Shown here: piece after piece, positions 48,660-61,125 of the stretch
How the letters are laid out: every line of letters starts with the position of its first letter
How positions within the stretch are numbered: the stretch's first letter is position 1
DNA from: Mobula hypostoma
Lineage: Eukaryota
Assembly (NCBI RefSeq): GCF_963921235.1
Contig: NC_086097.1
Location: forward strand, 10,106,001-10,170,000
Length of the DNA stretch: 64,000 bases
Reading direction: 5' to 3'
Made by a program: the position numbers and the translations under genes
Notes under the pieces: model-generated
What the model saw: the letters and a program-made list of their open reading frames with translations, nothing else
Databases searched by the model: none
What the model was told of the DNA's origin: nothing

Positions 48660-49450
48660 GGATCTACTGTGCAGGCCTTTATAAGGACCAACATCTGTCC
48701 AGTTCCACTTGATTGCTGATAAATCTGGCTTGCTAGAATTACATGCCTATTAAAGATTTTCATGTAAGGCATTAACATTTTGGATGAGGACACTTTCTGA
48801 ATATCCCAGACTCCGGCGTTCATTGAATGCAATCAAAGTAATCTACTCCAGCTGAATAATAGGCTCTATGGAAAGTCCAATCCTCAGCAAATTCTGCTAC
48901 TCTCTCCTGCTGTTCAGTGAGTGTAACTGACTGGAGGCCTCTGCAGTGAACAGAATCAGGGTTAATATCATTTTTGTACTTTGGAGAAATGCAAGAGGTT
49001 GTTTTCTTCATAAGAAATATTAAATGAATCTTTCTTTTCAAGATAAATTGTAACTAATCAAGCTAATACAGTAAAGCATATTAAATCGTTTGAAATGTTG
49101 AGTGGACAAGATTCAACTTTGTAAGACTTCTGATTAGCTTCCTTGGGGAAATATATGGTCAGACTTGTTACATTTTCTTCCTGCTGATGCCATAGCAACT
49201 CATCAAGGTTTATAGTCCTTTCTGAAGGCCAAAATTACATTTTTCCCAAACCAAACATTATCTCCTACAGGAAAAAAATAAGTCTTTTGCCTGGAGTTTC
49301 TCCTTAATGATTTTTTCTTGGTGAAGGTCACTCCAATGGGTACTTCCATCACAGGGTATCTTTTGATTGATGTTTCTAGGTTCACACAGACAATAAAACT
49401 GATGATTTTAATCAATGTTCCTTTGTTCAAGCTTCATCCAGCAATGGATG
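48660..49450 (-). pseudogene. Possible very old BEL/Pao integrase-region remnant
   Basis: CRGLQSVTLTEQQERVAEFAEDWTFHRAYYSAGVDYF resembles the BEL/Pao pattern C....QQMADLPxxR...F...GVDYFGP. Downstream NAL..FNRH..IYQQSSGT recalls the second catalytic block. Very degraded. Confidence 0.35.
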
Positions 49451-49699
49451 CTCTGATCGTTATCTAATGTAGACATTCCCAATCTGGACATTTACTAGAA
49501 AGACCTCCAGGATCACCATCAGCTTCTCAGGGGTAAAGAGTAAAAGTCAATAAACTTCGGTCTGGCTGGCAATACATAGATCTAGAATATTAATGAATAA
49601 AAACATAGACTCAATTGTTTGCAAATTAAAGAACTACAGTGGTTCTCAAAGGACTAAAGTCCAGGTTAGAGTCTAAATTGGCTTTCACAAGAGTACATT

Positions 49700-50020
49700 A
49701 AGAAGGGAGGGAGGTAGAAGAAAGGAAATTATAGGCAAGTTAGGTTGAATTCAGTGGTTGAGAAGTTGTTGGAGTCCATTATTATGGATGAAGTTTTGGG
49801 GTACTTCGAAGCACATGATAAAATAGGCCAAAGTCAGCACTATTTCCTTAAAGGGAAATTATGGCTGGCTAATCTGTTGGATTATTGGAGGAAAGACAAA
49901 GGAGCGTCAGTGGATGTTGTTCACTTAGATTTTCAGAAGCCATTTGACATATGAGGCTGCTTAACAAGATATGAACCCATAGTATTACAGGCAAGATACT
50001 GGCATGGATAGAAGATTGGT
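49700..50020 (+). mobile_element. CR1 RT fragment
   Basis: SVVEKLLESII..IGQSQHYFLKGK..VDVVHLDFQKPFD. Confidence 0.85.
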
Positions 50021-50292
50021 CCTTTGTCATTTGGAAAATGCTTGGAGACAGAGATAGGTGAGTTACAAAGGTCCAAGGAACCATGAAGAGACTGGACCCT
50101 GTGTAAAGCAAAAAGGGTGGTGGGGGGAAGTAATGCCTGGTGGTGGGAATTCCACTGGTGCTGGGGCTGGCAGAAAAGATGAAAGATGATATGCTGCATT
50201 TGGGAGCTGATAGGTAAAGTATTTGTTCTGTTTAGTTTGGGTCACCGCACAACTGAAAAGGTGGAATAAGTTTAGAGAGAGAGCAGAGATTT

Positions 50293-50420
50293 GTGAGTCC
50301 TGATGAAGGGTCTCGGCCCAAATGTCTTCCACTTATTCCTTTCCATAGACGCAACCTAATCTGTTGTGTTCCTTCAGCATTTTGTGTGGATTTCCAGCAT
50401 CTGCAGAATTTCTTGTGTTT
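50293..50420 (+). mobile_element. Penelope pLTR fragment with a degenerate hammerhead (related copies at 54770-54896 and 63525-63870, minus)
   Basis: gtcCTGATGAagggtctcggcccAAAtGTC (core G12 missing), then cttcagcattttgtgtg..ccagcatctgcaga. Confidence 0.7.
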
Positions 50421-51384
50421 ATGGGGATGTTGCCGGGACAGGAGGTGTACAGTTCTAAAGCATTACTCTTTAGGCTGAGGCTGCTTTCACTGGATCAAAG
50501 GAAATTGAGAAATTATTAAACTAAGATGAATTAAATTATAAAACCCTTCAACAGAGTGAACAGAACATTTCTATTTCTCTGCAGGGGGATCAATCTCTAT
50601 CCAGAGATACAATCCAACCTGCTAAAGTGTTTTTATTATTGTTAAGCCATTCAATCCAGGACAGTTTCCTCATTTCATTTAGATCCAGTTGTTTTCTTTT
50701 CCTTTTTCCTCTAAATCAATCTAATTTTATCACAGCAAAATATAATGTTATCCAAAATCTGTCTGCAATGACTCCAACTGAAGCATTGAGATCATTTGTT
50801 TCTCGATAGCAAAGAACATTTCATTGGTTTATTGACGGATATCAAGGGAGTTACATGTAAGGAATAGGCCTCAAGCCATGGTATCACCTGGTGCAGCCAG
50901 CGGAGGAGGCCTTGGATTTGGGTGCTCCACTGGAATGCTAGAGGCAGTTTGACCTCCAGCGATCAGTTGGCAGAAGACAAGGTGGATTGTGTTCCACTGC
51001 AGACTGCTGCAACACTCATGGACTCAGGAACTTGGATTATATTTTGTGGTGTGACAGTATTTTACTGCTATCTTATACAGTATGTGCTTCCTAGTTTGTA
51101 TGTGTTATATGCACCTTGTGCTGTGTATGGCTGTTTGTACTGTGTTTGGCAGCTTGGCCCTGAAGTAACAATGTTTTGTTTAGCTTTATTCATGTGTATT
51201 CATTATTGGTTGAATGACAGTTAAACTTAAACTTGAACAATGTTAACATTTATCTCAATCACTAGATTTCCAGCAATTACACCTCTGTTACCATAAAAAT
51301 GCATCCAATTGTCTCACCAAAACAACATTCTCACGTCAATTGTAAAGCGTCTGATTTATGAGGCCTTTTCAATACATAAATCTT

Positions 51385-53475
51385 GAAGTTCAAAGTCCAA
51401 AGTAAAATTCATTATCAGACTACATACATGTCACCGCACACAATCCTGAGATTCTGCAGGCATACTTGGCAAATCTATAGAACAGTAACTGTAAACTATA
51501 AACAACTGTGCAAATGTAGATATAAATAAATAGCAATAAATAATGTTCATGAAATAACAATATAACATAGTCCTTAAATGATTGCAGCTATCCACTTTTG
51601 TTCAAGAGCCTGATGGTTGAGGGGTAGTAACTGTTCTTGATCCTGATGGTGTGAGTCCTGAGGCACCTGTACCTTCTACCTGATGGCAGCAGTGAAAAAA
51701 GAGTATGGCCTCAGTGACGAGATCTTTGATGATGGATGCTGCTTTTCCACAGCAACATTTCATATAGATGTGCTCAGTGGTTGGGAAGGTTTTACTGTGA
51801 TGTACTGGGCCGAATCCACTACTTTTTATTGGATTTTCCACTCAGAGGCATCGGTGTTCCCAAACCAGGCCATAATGCAGCCAGTCAGCACACCTTCCAC
51901 CACACATCCATAGAAGTTTGCCAAGGCTTGCAATGACATGCCGAACCTCAGCAGACTCATCAGGAAGTAGAGGCGCTGTCGTGCTTCCTTCGCAATAGTA
52001 TTTATATGATGGATCCAGGACAGGTCTTCTGAGATAGTGACACCCAGGATTTCAAAGTTACTGACCCTCTCCACCTCGGATCCTCCAATGATTACTAGCT
52101 CATGAACCTCTGGTTTCCCCCTCCTGAAGTCTACTGTCAGTTCTTAGTTCTTATTAACATTGTAATAAGAGGTTGTTGCTATTACACCACTGAGCCAAGT
52201 TTTCAATCTTCCTCCTGTATGCTGATTCATCACTCCCTTTGATGCTTTGATGCAGACCACAATAGTGTCATCAACTAAGCTGTGTTTGCTGTTGGAGCTG
52301 TACATAGCTAAACGGTCATAGGTGTAAAGTGAGTTGGGCATGGAGCTAAGTACACATCCTTGCATCATTCTCTGACTGATGGAGATTGTGGAGGAGATGT
52401 TTTTGCCAATCTGAACTGACTGGGGTCTACAAGTGAGGAAATCCAGGATCTAATTGCACAAGGGGGTTTTGAGGCCCAGGTCTTAGAGTTTAATGATTAG
52501 TTTTGAGGGGATGATGGTGTTAAATGCCAAGCTCTAATTGATAAAGGGCATCCTGATGTATGCAACTTTGCTCTCTAGATGTCCAGGGTTGTGCGAACAG
52601 CCAATGGAATAGCACCTGTTGCTTCAGTCAGAGAATTGGAGTGGATCCTATTCATCATTCAGACAAAAGCTGATATGCTTCAACAGCCTCACAAAACACT
52701 TCATCTGGGGATGTTTGTGCCACTGGGCAATAGTCACTTAGACAGATTACCATGCTTTTCCTGGGCACTGGTACAATTGAAGCCTGCTTGAAGCAGGTGG
52801 GTACCAGACACTGCCAGACCGAGACGTTGAAGATATCCATGAATACACCAGCGTGGATCTTCGGCCAGGTACTCTGACTGGACCGGAACTTTCCTTGGAT
52901 TCACTTTCTTCAAGGCAGTCTGCACGTCATCTTCAGATACTGAGACCAAAGGTTCATCAGGAGATATAGGGATCTGCGATGGTTCCTCCTGTTCTGGTAG
53001 TCAAAGCAAGCATAGAAGGCATTGAACTCATGTGGAAGCAAAGTTCTGGTGTCCCCTATGTTGCAAGATTTAGCTTTGTTGGAGGTTATGGCATTCAAAC
53101 CCTGCCACAGCTGTTCAGCACCCCTCAATGATTCCAGTCTAGTCTGGAATCTCCACCACCCGAAAGGTGGCTTTCTGGAGATCATACCTACACCTCTTGG
53201 AGCATTCTTGATCTCCAGACTTGAATTCCTCTGATCTGGCTCTCAGCAGGTTCCAGATCTCATTGATCATCCAGTGCTTCCAATTGGGGAAAAACCTGCA
53301 GGATTTCACTCATCCACAGCTGTTTTAATAAAGGCTGTAATGACCCTAGTGCAGTCATTCAGGTCTTCAGATGAGTTGTTGTACACAGCTCAGTCCACTG
53401 ACCCAAGGTGGTCCTGTAACCATTCCTCAGCCTCCTGCGGCCACGTCTTGGTTGTCTTGACCTCCGGAGCCTTAG
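51385..53475 (-). mobile_element. Rex1/Babar LINE, long degraded copy
   Basis: QLWQGLNAITSNK, VPTCFKQASIVPVPRK, QGCVLSSMPNSLYTYD, LVDDT, AKEARQRLYFL, CVVEGVLTGCIMAWFGN. Confidence 0.88.
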
Positions 53476-54169
53476 AGCTCCATCTACATGAATAATTTCA
53501 GTGTCAGAATCAGGTTTAATATCACTGGAAGATGTTGTGAAATCTGTTGTTTTGTGCCAGTAATGTAATACATAGTTTAAAAACTAATAAATTACAATAA
53601 TATAAATATAATTAAGTTAAATAAATAGTGCAAAAAAGAGAGAAAACTATAGTGAGGTAATGTAATAGATTCAATGTCCATTCAGAAATCTAATGCAGGG
53701 GAGGGGGGAAGAAGTTGTTCCTAAAGCATTGAGTGTATGCTCTATAAGTTCCTATCCCTCCTCCTTGATGATAGCAATGAGAAAAGGGCATGTCCTGGGC
53801 GATTGGTGTCCCTAATGATGGATTTTGAGTCATTTCCGTTTGAAGATGTCCTTGATGCTGAGGAAGGTCAAGCCTATGATGGAGCTGTGTACCATGACCA
53901 CTCCTTACCAGATGGTGATGCAGCTGTTACAATGCGGTCACGGTGTATCTGTAGAAAGTTGCTGGAGTCCTTGTGATATACCAAATCTCCTCAAATTCCT
54001 AATGAATATATAGCCACTAATTAAATATAACTTTATAAATTTCTTATCTATTCAACCACAAGTGAAACATATCCCTTTTAAATGGAACCCATGAACTGAG
54101 TCCAATCTTGGAGCACTCATTCCATCAATTTCCTTTCACCTATTTGTTTTTTAACTTATTACTGAAGAT

Positions 54170-54685
54170 TAGTAAGGTGTTGGTCAGACAGTATTTGGAA
54201 TATTGTGGGCCCACTATCTAAGGAAAGATGTACTGGTGCTGGAGATGGTTCAGAGGAGGTTCACAAGAATGACGCCAAGAAAGAAAAGCCAAACATTTCA
54301 GGAGTCTTTGATAGCTCTGGCTGTGTATTGGATGGAGTTCAGCAGGATAAATGTGGATCTCACTGAAAGGCCCGGATAGAGTGGATATGTTCATTAATAG
54401 GAGAGTCTAGGATCTGACGAAACAGCCTCAAAATAAATGGATGATACATTCAATTGAAATGAAGAGGAAGTTCTTCCGCCAGGAGGTGGTGAATTCATTA
54501 ACACAGAGGGAAGTCATTGTATGTTTTTAAGGTGGAGATTGACAAATTCTTGATTCGTAAGGGGGCTAAAGGTAACAGGGAGAGGACAGGAGAACAGACT
54601 TAAAAAAGAAACAGCCATAATTAAGTCATAGAGCAGCCCTGACATGCCAAATGGCCAAATTCTTCTCCTATATCTTATGGTCTTA
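54170..54685 (+). mobile_element. CR1 3' fragment, degraded
   Basis: ttggtcagacagtatttggaatattgtg..cagaggaggttcacaagaatg..tcttatggtctta. Confidence 0.8.
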
Positions 54686-55859
54686 AGGATGTGGATCAGG
54701 AAAATTTCAATGGAAAACACCACAATTCTTCTTTCTTACTCAGGCCCTTGGAACAATAAACATGCATTGACAACTAAGAGATGCTAGAAATCCGAGCAAC
54801 AGACACAAGATGCGGGAGGAATTCAGCAGTCCAGGCAACATCTATGGAAAAGAGTAAACAGTCAACATTTCGGGCCAAGACCCCTCATCAGTCCTGTGTA
54901 AATGTTAAGTAAATATGTTTACATAATTCATTTCTAATAATCAACACCTTACATTTAAAAAAATAATAAAGAACTTGGTGGCACTTCAGACGTTTTGCAT
55001 CAATCAATGAGCCACAGAGGATTTATTCAGATCAAGTTCAAGTTTATTGTCATCTAACTGTACAGATAAAGTAGTCAGTCAGTAGGCTGTTGTCGATCCT
55101 AGGGGATCATGGGTTTGCGCATCTGGTGGACGGTGTCCTCTCCAGGGTGCAAGCCTGGGGGGGAGGATTTGAAGAACTGGCTGTTGCCCATGCAGCGGAT
55201 TCCCCCTCTCCATGTCACTGACGTAGTCCAAGGGAAGGGCAAGCGCCGATACAGTTTGGCACCAGTGTCGTTGCAGAGGTTGCCAGAGTGAAGTTGTAAA
55301 CAACATCAAGCTGCTTTAGGGCCCCCGGCTCCGGATTTTTTCCTTGGGGTTTACTCCCGAAGCCTTTCCCATGGGTGGGTATAGCCGCAAGGCAGTGGAG
55401 GTGTAAAATCAGAGTTTTCCTTCTCCGAGGCGAGCTGCCATTCAGGGCTGCTGAGCCCCACCTGCCCAAAGCAACTGGTTTTCAGGCGCCAGTGGTCCGC
55501 CTTTGACCCTTCTCTTGTCAGTAGAAACAGTTCTACTGGGCCTAGTAGCTAAGCCACATATGAAGGCCAAGAGTTGGGCTCGGTTGTCAGAGGCTGTTAG
55601 AGACACACGCCATTTGGAGCACTTTATAGATAGTGGGAGCTCATCCCCACTACCACCCCGGCTATGACAATCTTAGGGACGTGTTCATATATACAGCCAA
55701 ATGAAACATTATTCCTCTGGAGCACTGTGCAGCCACAAAGCATATATCGCACAGAGCATATAAAACAAAATATTACACAAAAAATTAATAGAATATAAAA
55801 TATATTTAAAAATGCATGTTAATCAACTATATTGTCAGAAAGATAGGGTTTTATAAGCC

Positions 55860-57934
55860 TCTTTAAGCAAGATACTCGGTCAGTTTAAAGTAAAGTCATA
55901 GTATAAGGTTCTTCTCAACCACAAAAAGAGAGCCTTTAGATCAGGAGACAGGGAGGAATTGAAAGAAGTGGAGAGGAAGTTAAGGGAGAAGATCAAGGTG
56001 GCTAAAGAGGAACACAGGAGAGAACTGGAGAACAAGTTTGGGCAGAGTAGCACACGGGAGGTGTGGAGAGACATGAGGAACATCACTGGCTTCAATCAGC
56101 CTCGCTGTAGAGCCTCGAAATGCAGCCATGAATGGGATAGTGAGTTAAAGCAATTCTTTAATAGTTTTGACAATTGTTCTCCTGTTCGTATACCTCTCAG
56201 CACACCAGTCCTGGTGCAGAGGCACCCAAAGCTCTCTCAGCACCAATACATCCCCTCCTCCCTCCTTCCCCCTCCAATTCAACACAGGGATGAACAACAC
56301 AGTCTACCACAGTCTACATCCGCTCCTTGCCCTGCGCCTACCTTCCACACCTCTACGTACGAACTGCATTCGTCCCAATTTTTCACCTCCCTCAGTCCCT
56401 CCTTTCCATCTACTCTCCAGTCATCATGGTCTCACCTTCTCTACTGAGCAGGCGAGAGGGCTCTGGGGAAACTCAGACATGGCAAAGCATTGGGACCGGA
56501 TGTAATGAACCCCAAGGTCTTGATGGAGTGTGCTGAGCAGATGTGTGGAGTTCTCCAGCGCACTTCAATCTAAGTTTCAGCCTGGAAAGGGTCCTGACTG
56601 TGCAGAAAACATCACGTGTGGTCCCAGGACCCAAAAAGGCTCAAACAAAAATCTTGAATGACCATCATCCAGTGACGCTGACCTCACACATTATGAAGAC
56701 CCCAGAGACGCTGGACTTGGCTCACCTCCAACCTCTGATCAGATCAGCCCTTGGTCCTCTGTAGTTTGCCTACCAGGGGCACATTGGAGTCAATGATGCT
56801 GTCATCTACCTGAATAACAAAGTCTTCTCCCATTTCGATAAGCAGGGCAGCACTGTGAGGATCATGTTTTTTGATTTCTCAAGTGCCTTCAATACCATAC
56901 AGCCCTCATTGCTGGGGGAAATACTCTGCTCAAAGCAAGACTGTATCCTGGATAATGGACTACCTGACTAGTAGACCACACTTTGTGCAGCATCAGAGCT
57001 GTGTGTCAGACATGGCTATAAGCAGCACTGAGGCCCCACAGCGGACTGTACTGGCTCCCTTCCTGTTTACCCTGTATACCTTAGACTTTAGTTACAACAC
57101 GGAGTCATATCATCTGCAGAAATTCTCAGGGTGTAGAAAGGGAGGGTGGGAGGATGAATACGGGGCCCTAGTGGAGGACTTTGTCAAATAGTCCAAGTTG
57201 AATCATCTGCAGCTCAACATTAGTAAGATGAAGGAGAAAATGGTAACTTTGGGAAGACTAAGCCTGCATTGCTCCCGATTATTATTGATGGTGAGGACAT
57301 GGATGTGGTGAGCACCTACAAACACCTGGGTGGTGGGGTGCACCCAGATGACAGACTTGAGTGGAGCACCAACAGAGATGCTGTGTACAAGAAGGGGCAA
57401 AGTGGCCTCTCCTTCCTGGGGAGACTGAGGTCCTTTGGAGTATGCAGGCCTCTCATTCACATGCTCTATCAGTCTGCAATCTTCTATGCGGTGGTGTGCT
57501 CGGGCAACGGCATCAGTACGGATAAAGCCAACAGGCTCAATAAACTGATTAGAATGGCTGGCTCTGTTAAAGGAGTCAAACTGGACACACTGGAAGCTGT
57601 GGTAGAACAAAGAACCCTATAGAAAATCCTGGCAATTCTGGACAATATTTCTCACCCTCTGCCTGCCACCTTGGATGAACAGAGGAGCACTCTTATTAAT
57701 AGACTAGGACAACAGCGCTGCTCCGAAGAGCGCTATATTAGGTCATTCTTACCCTCGGCTATTAGGCTCTACAATGAGTCAACCTATAGCCAGGGAAGTG
57801 ATGACCCCCTCCTGCTTGTGGTATCTTATTTTTTTCATTTTTCTATTTCTCTTCTAAAATTTATGTCTGTGCGCTTGTAATGCTACTGTGATACTGTAAT
57901 TTCCTTTGGGATCTATAAAGTATCTATCTATCTA
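55860..57934 (+). mobile_element. Rex1/Babar LINE, 5'-truncated
   Basis: KRAFRSGDREELKEVERKLREKIK, HPVTLTSHIMKT, APQRTVLAPFLFTLYT, YKHLG, KKGQSGLSFLGRLRSF, RSFLPSAIRLYN; (ctat)n tail. Confidence 0.9.
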
Positions 57935-59093
57935 TTATCAAAGTACATACTGTATATGTCACCATATTCAACCCTGACGTTTATTTCCTTGTAGGCATAG
58001 TCAGCAATCCTATAGAATAATAACCACAACAGACAGAATCAATGAAAGACTGCCTAACTTAGATGTTCAACCAGAGGGCAGATGATAACTGTGCAAATAC
58101 AACAAGAAGAAATAATAATCATAATAAATAAATAAGGAATAAATATCGAGAGCATGGGATGAAGAGTCCCCAATCAGCAGGGTGAATCAGTAATATTCAA
58201 GCAATAGACGAGTAGGAATGGTGATGAAATTTAAAATAACAACACTTGGCCCTGGACAATGCTTCAGTAAGTCTGTTTCCTTTTAAAGAATTAGTTGTTG
58301 ATTACATTGACTTCTTTGCTAATAGTGCCAGTGGCAAGAGATTCAGCACCATTATTTGTCACCTTACACCACATAACCATTTTGTGCTAAGCTATTCTCT
58401 TTTCAGAAAGGTTTCTCTTGCACAAATAGCTTTAAATATTTAAGACGTCTTTTTAGAAAATATGCAGGAATGAGCACTTAGTATCCATTACAACTGATCC
58501 AGATTACATTTCATCCCATCAAAATACATTTTCAAATAAATAGTCTGTAATTTATATTGTTCTCTATTTCAATAAAAATTCTATACAAAGGTTCAAAGAG
58601 TGAAAAAACAATTCAATTACTCTAATGTTTCTGCCTTCGGCACAACATCTTGTAAAACATTACCTGATTACACTATCTCTGGTTTATTTGCAAATATGCT
58701 GTGGCATCTCTATCCAAGACTCATGTTTCATGAAGTAGTACTTTCTGCTAACTCCTCTTTTTGACATTTCTATAGATCATTGTGCAGATAATTCATAATT
58801 TTCACTGTTAGACTAAGGAAAAGCCACAAATCAGAACCAGGTTTAATATCATTGGCATACGTCATGAGATTTGTTGTTGTGTAGCAGCAGTACAATGCAA
58901 TATGTAATAATAAAAGTTATAATTTATAAGAAATTATTATTGTAAGAAATTAAATAATTGATGTAAAAAGTGAGCAAAAATAGTGAAGTAGTGTGCATAA
59001 GTTCATTGTTCATTCAGAAATCTGAAGGCAGAATTCTTGAAACATCGGGCTCCTATACTTCCTCCTTGAAGGTAGAAATGAGAAGAGGGTATG

Positions 59094-59288
59094 AACTCCT
59101 CTTGGGCTTCCTGCTGAGTCCAGGTGTCAATTTTAACTGACGTTTTGATGACAAACTCCACCATCTTCGTCAGAGATGATGGCAGATTTTGTCATCATAA
59201 TGTCAGTTAAAATTAACACCTGGACCCAGCTGGAGGCCCAAGAAGAGTTTATGCATCAGATATGCCAGGAAAGCACTGGATTTTTTTC
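59094..59288. mobile_element. Penelope-type fold-back insertion (inverted pLTR pair) inside a Rex1 fragment
   Basis: 75-nt arms at 59094-59168 and 59175-59249, about 11 mismatches, 6-nt loop. Near-TSD agaagagggtatg (59081-59093) / agaagaggaaatg (59289-59301). Hammerhead-like CUGACGA..AAAACGUC on the minus strand. Confidence 0.75.
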
Positions 59289-60267
59289 AGAAGAGGAAAT
59301 GTCCTGGGAGATGAGGTTCCTCAATGATGGATGCTGCCTTCTTGAGGGATTGCCTTTTGAAGCTGGAGACGCCAGTGTCCATAATGGATCTAGCCTCCCC
59401 ATTGTTAGATAGCATGAATGAAGAATTAAAATAAGTTTTTCTCTGCACAGTTACTGCCTGATCTGTTGAATAGTTCTGGCGTTTTCTATTTTTATTTCTG
59501 GCACCTGCAGGAGATCGCATTATCTGAGATGACGAGGGCTCTAAGTTTATGATTCGCAAAGGATTTGCATTCAGGTCAGTAAGTATTTAGGAAGGCTAAC
59601 AGAATTTTATTGTTTGTTGGATGAAGTAATGAATACAGAATTAGAAAGGTTCTGCTTAATTTATATCAGTCATTGGCAATATCACATCATAATTACTGTG
59701 TACAGTATTGGTCATTTACAGAGGCATATTAATATGTTTGAAGCTCTTTGGATGCTTACAGGTATTACACCTAGATTGGGTGCTTAAATAAATAAAGAAA
59801 GGTTGGATAGGTAAGGCTTATTGCACAATAGATTATTTTATTTCTTTATATAGAGTGTGTAATAGACCCTTCTGGCACAATGAGCGACACTGCTCAGAAG
59901 CCCCCCTATTCAACACAAGCCGAAACACAAGACAATCTACAATGACCAAGTAACCTACGAGCTCATACTTCTTTGAACTGAAACCCACATAGTCACAGGT
60001 GGAATGTACAGACTCCTTACAGAATTGAACGCTGAACTCTGACACTCCGAGCTGTAATAACATCGCATTAACCATTACACTACCGTGGTGCCCCTAAGAA
60101 GGCTGCGATTAAATTTGATTGAAGGAAACAAGATCCTGAGGGTCTTGACAAAGTCGAAGCAGAGATCATGTTTCCCATTGTGGAGAATTTAGAATAAGGA
60201 AGCCGTTAAAATAAAAATAAAGTGTTTCTCATTTAATGTAGAAGCAAGGAACTTTTTCCCCTTAGAG

Positions 60268-60346
60268 TAGGGATCTCCAACCTAGAGCTTATGGACCCCT
60301 GCTTACTGGAAGAGGTCCATGGCATAAAAAAGGTTGGGAACCCATG
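60268..60346. mobile_element. 79-bp hAT (Charlie-like) MITE in an old CR1
   Basis: TIRs tagggatctccaacc / ggttgggaacccatg; 8-bp near-TSD ccttagag / cagtagag (6/8). Confidence 0.7.
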
Positions 60347-60911
60347 CAGTAGAGGTTGATCAGCTTGGATTTTTTTAAAACTCTGTTCGCAGTTCAAAGG
60401 ACAAAGTAAATTTATTGTCAAAGTACACATATGTCACCATATACTAACCTGAGATACATTTTCTTGTGGGCATTAACAGTAAACACAGAGAAACACAATA
60501 GAATCAATGAAAGACCACACACAAAAAGACAGACAAATGAACAATATGCAAAAAACAACAAACTGTGCAAATACAAAAAAGAAAACAAAGCAAAATAAAA
60601 ATAATCAAAAAATAAGAAATAAATGTCAAGAATATGAGATGGTGAGTCCTTGAAAATGAGGCAGATAGATTCTCATTAGTGGATGGATTCTTTTGCCCTC
60701 TTTTGAGGACAACTGCTGAAAGATGTAACAGTGCAAACCACACATAATCTGCAGTTTCTATTCCTGGTCACACAGACATACTGGAGATAGCTTCAGGAAA
60801 CTGATTTCAAGTGTTGAAGACTGGAGAAAAGGCTTGTGGAAGCTTTATTTTAAAATAAAGTAAAATGGTGTAATTTTGAAGGAGGAAAATTTAAGTGCCC
60901 CAATTAGGAAC

Positions 60912-61125
60912 TGTAATGCATGGATCTATTTATTTTAGAGCAATGACCCCCCCCCCACAGCACTAAGTTTGATCTGTTGTCTGTGCAAGTGCTGTTATCT
61001 ACGCATGCATGTGCATTGTTCTCTCTCTCCCTCTCTCGCTGCAATGTGATTACATCAGTTAAAGGCATCTCCCACATGCATGCTTTTATTTACTTGTTAT
61101 GTAGTTGTTGTGCACAGACACAACA
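60912..61125 (+). repeat. 5' LTR of the Gypsy element
   Basis: Direct repeat of 63256-63456 (tgtaatgYatggatctat..cagttaaag..tgcttttattta..cagacacaaca). Confidence 0.9.

Noticed and set aside
55959..56447. Coiled-coil plus Pro/Ser-rich 162-aa protein
   Set aside because: Part of the Rex1 ORF between APE and RT.
58246..58272. Possible splice donor (ca|gtaagt) of a small exon
   Set aside because: No convincing acceptor or recognisable peptide; such motifs are expected by chance.
59094..59249. pre-miRNA gene or DNA-transposon MITE
   Set aside because: The asymmetric 3' extension, long near-TSD and hammerhead remnants fit an inverted Penelope pLTR better.
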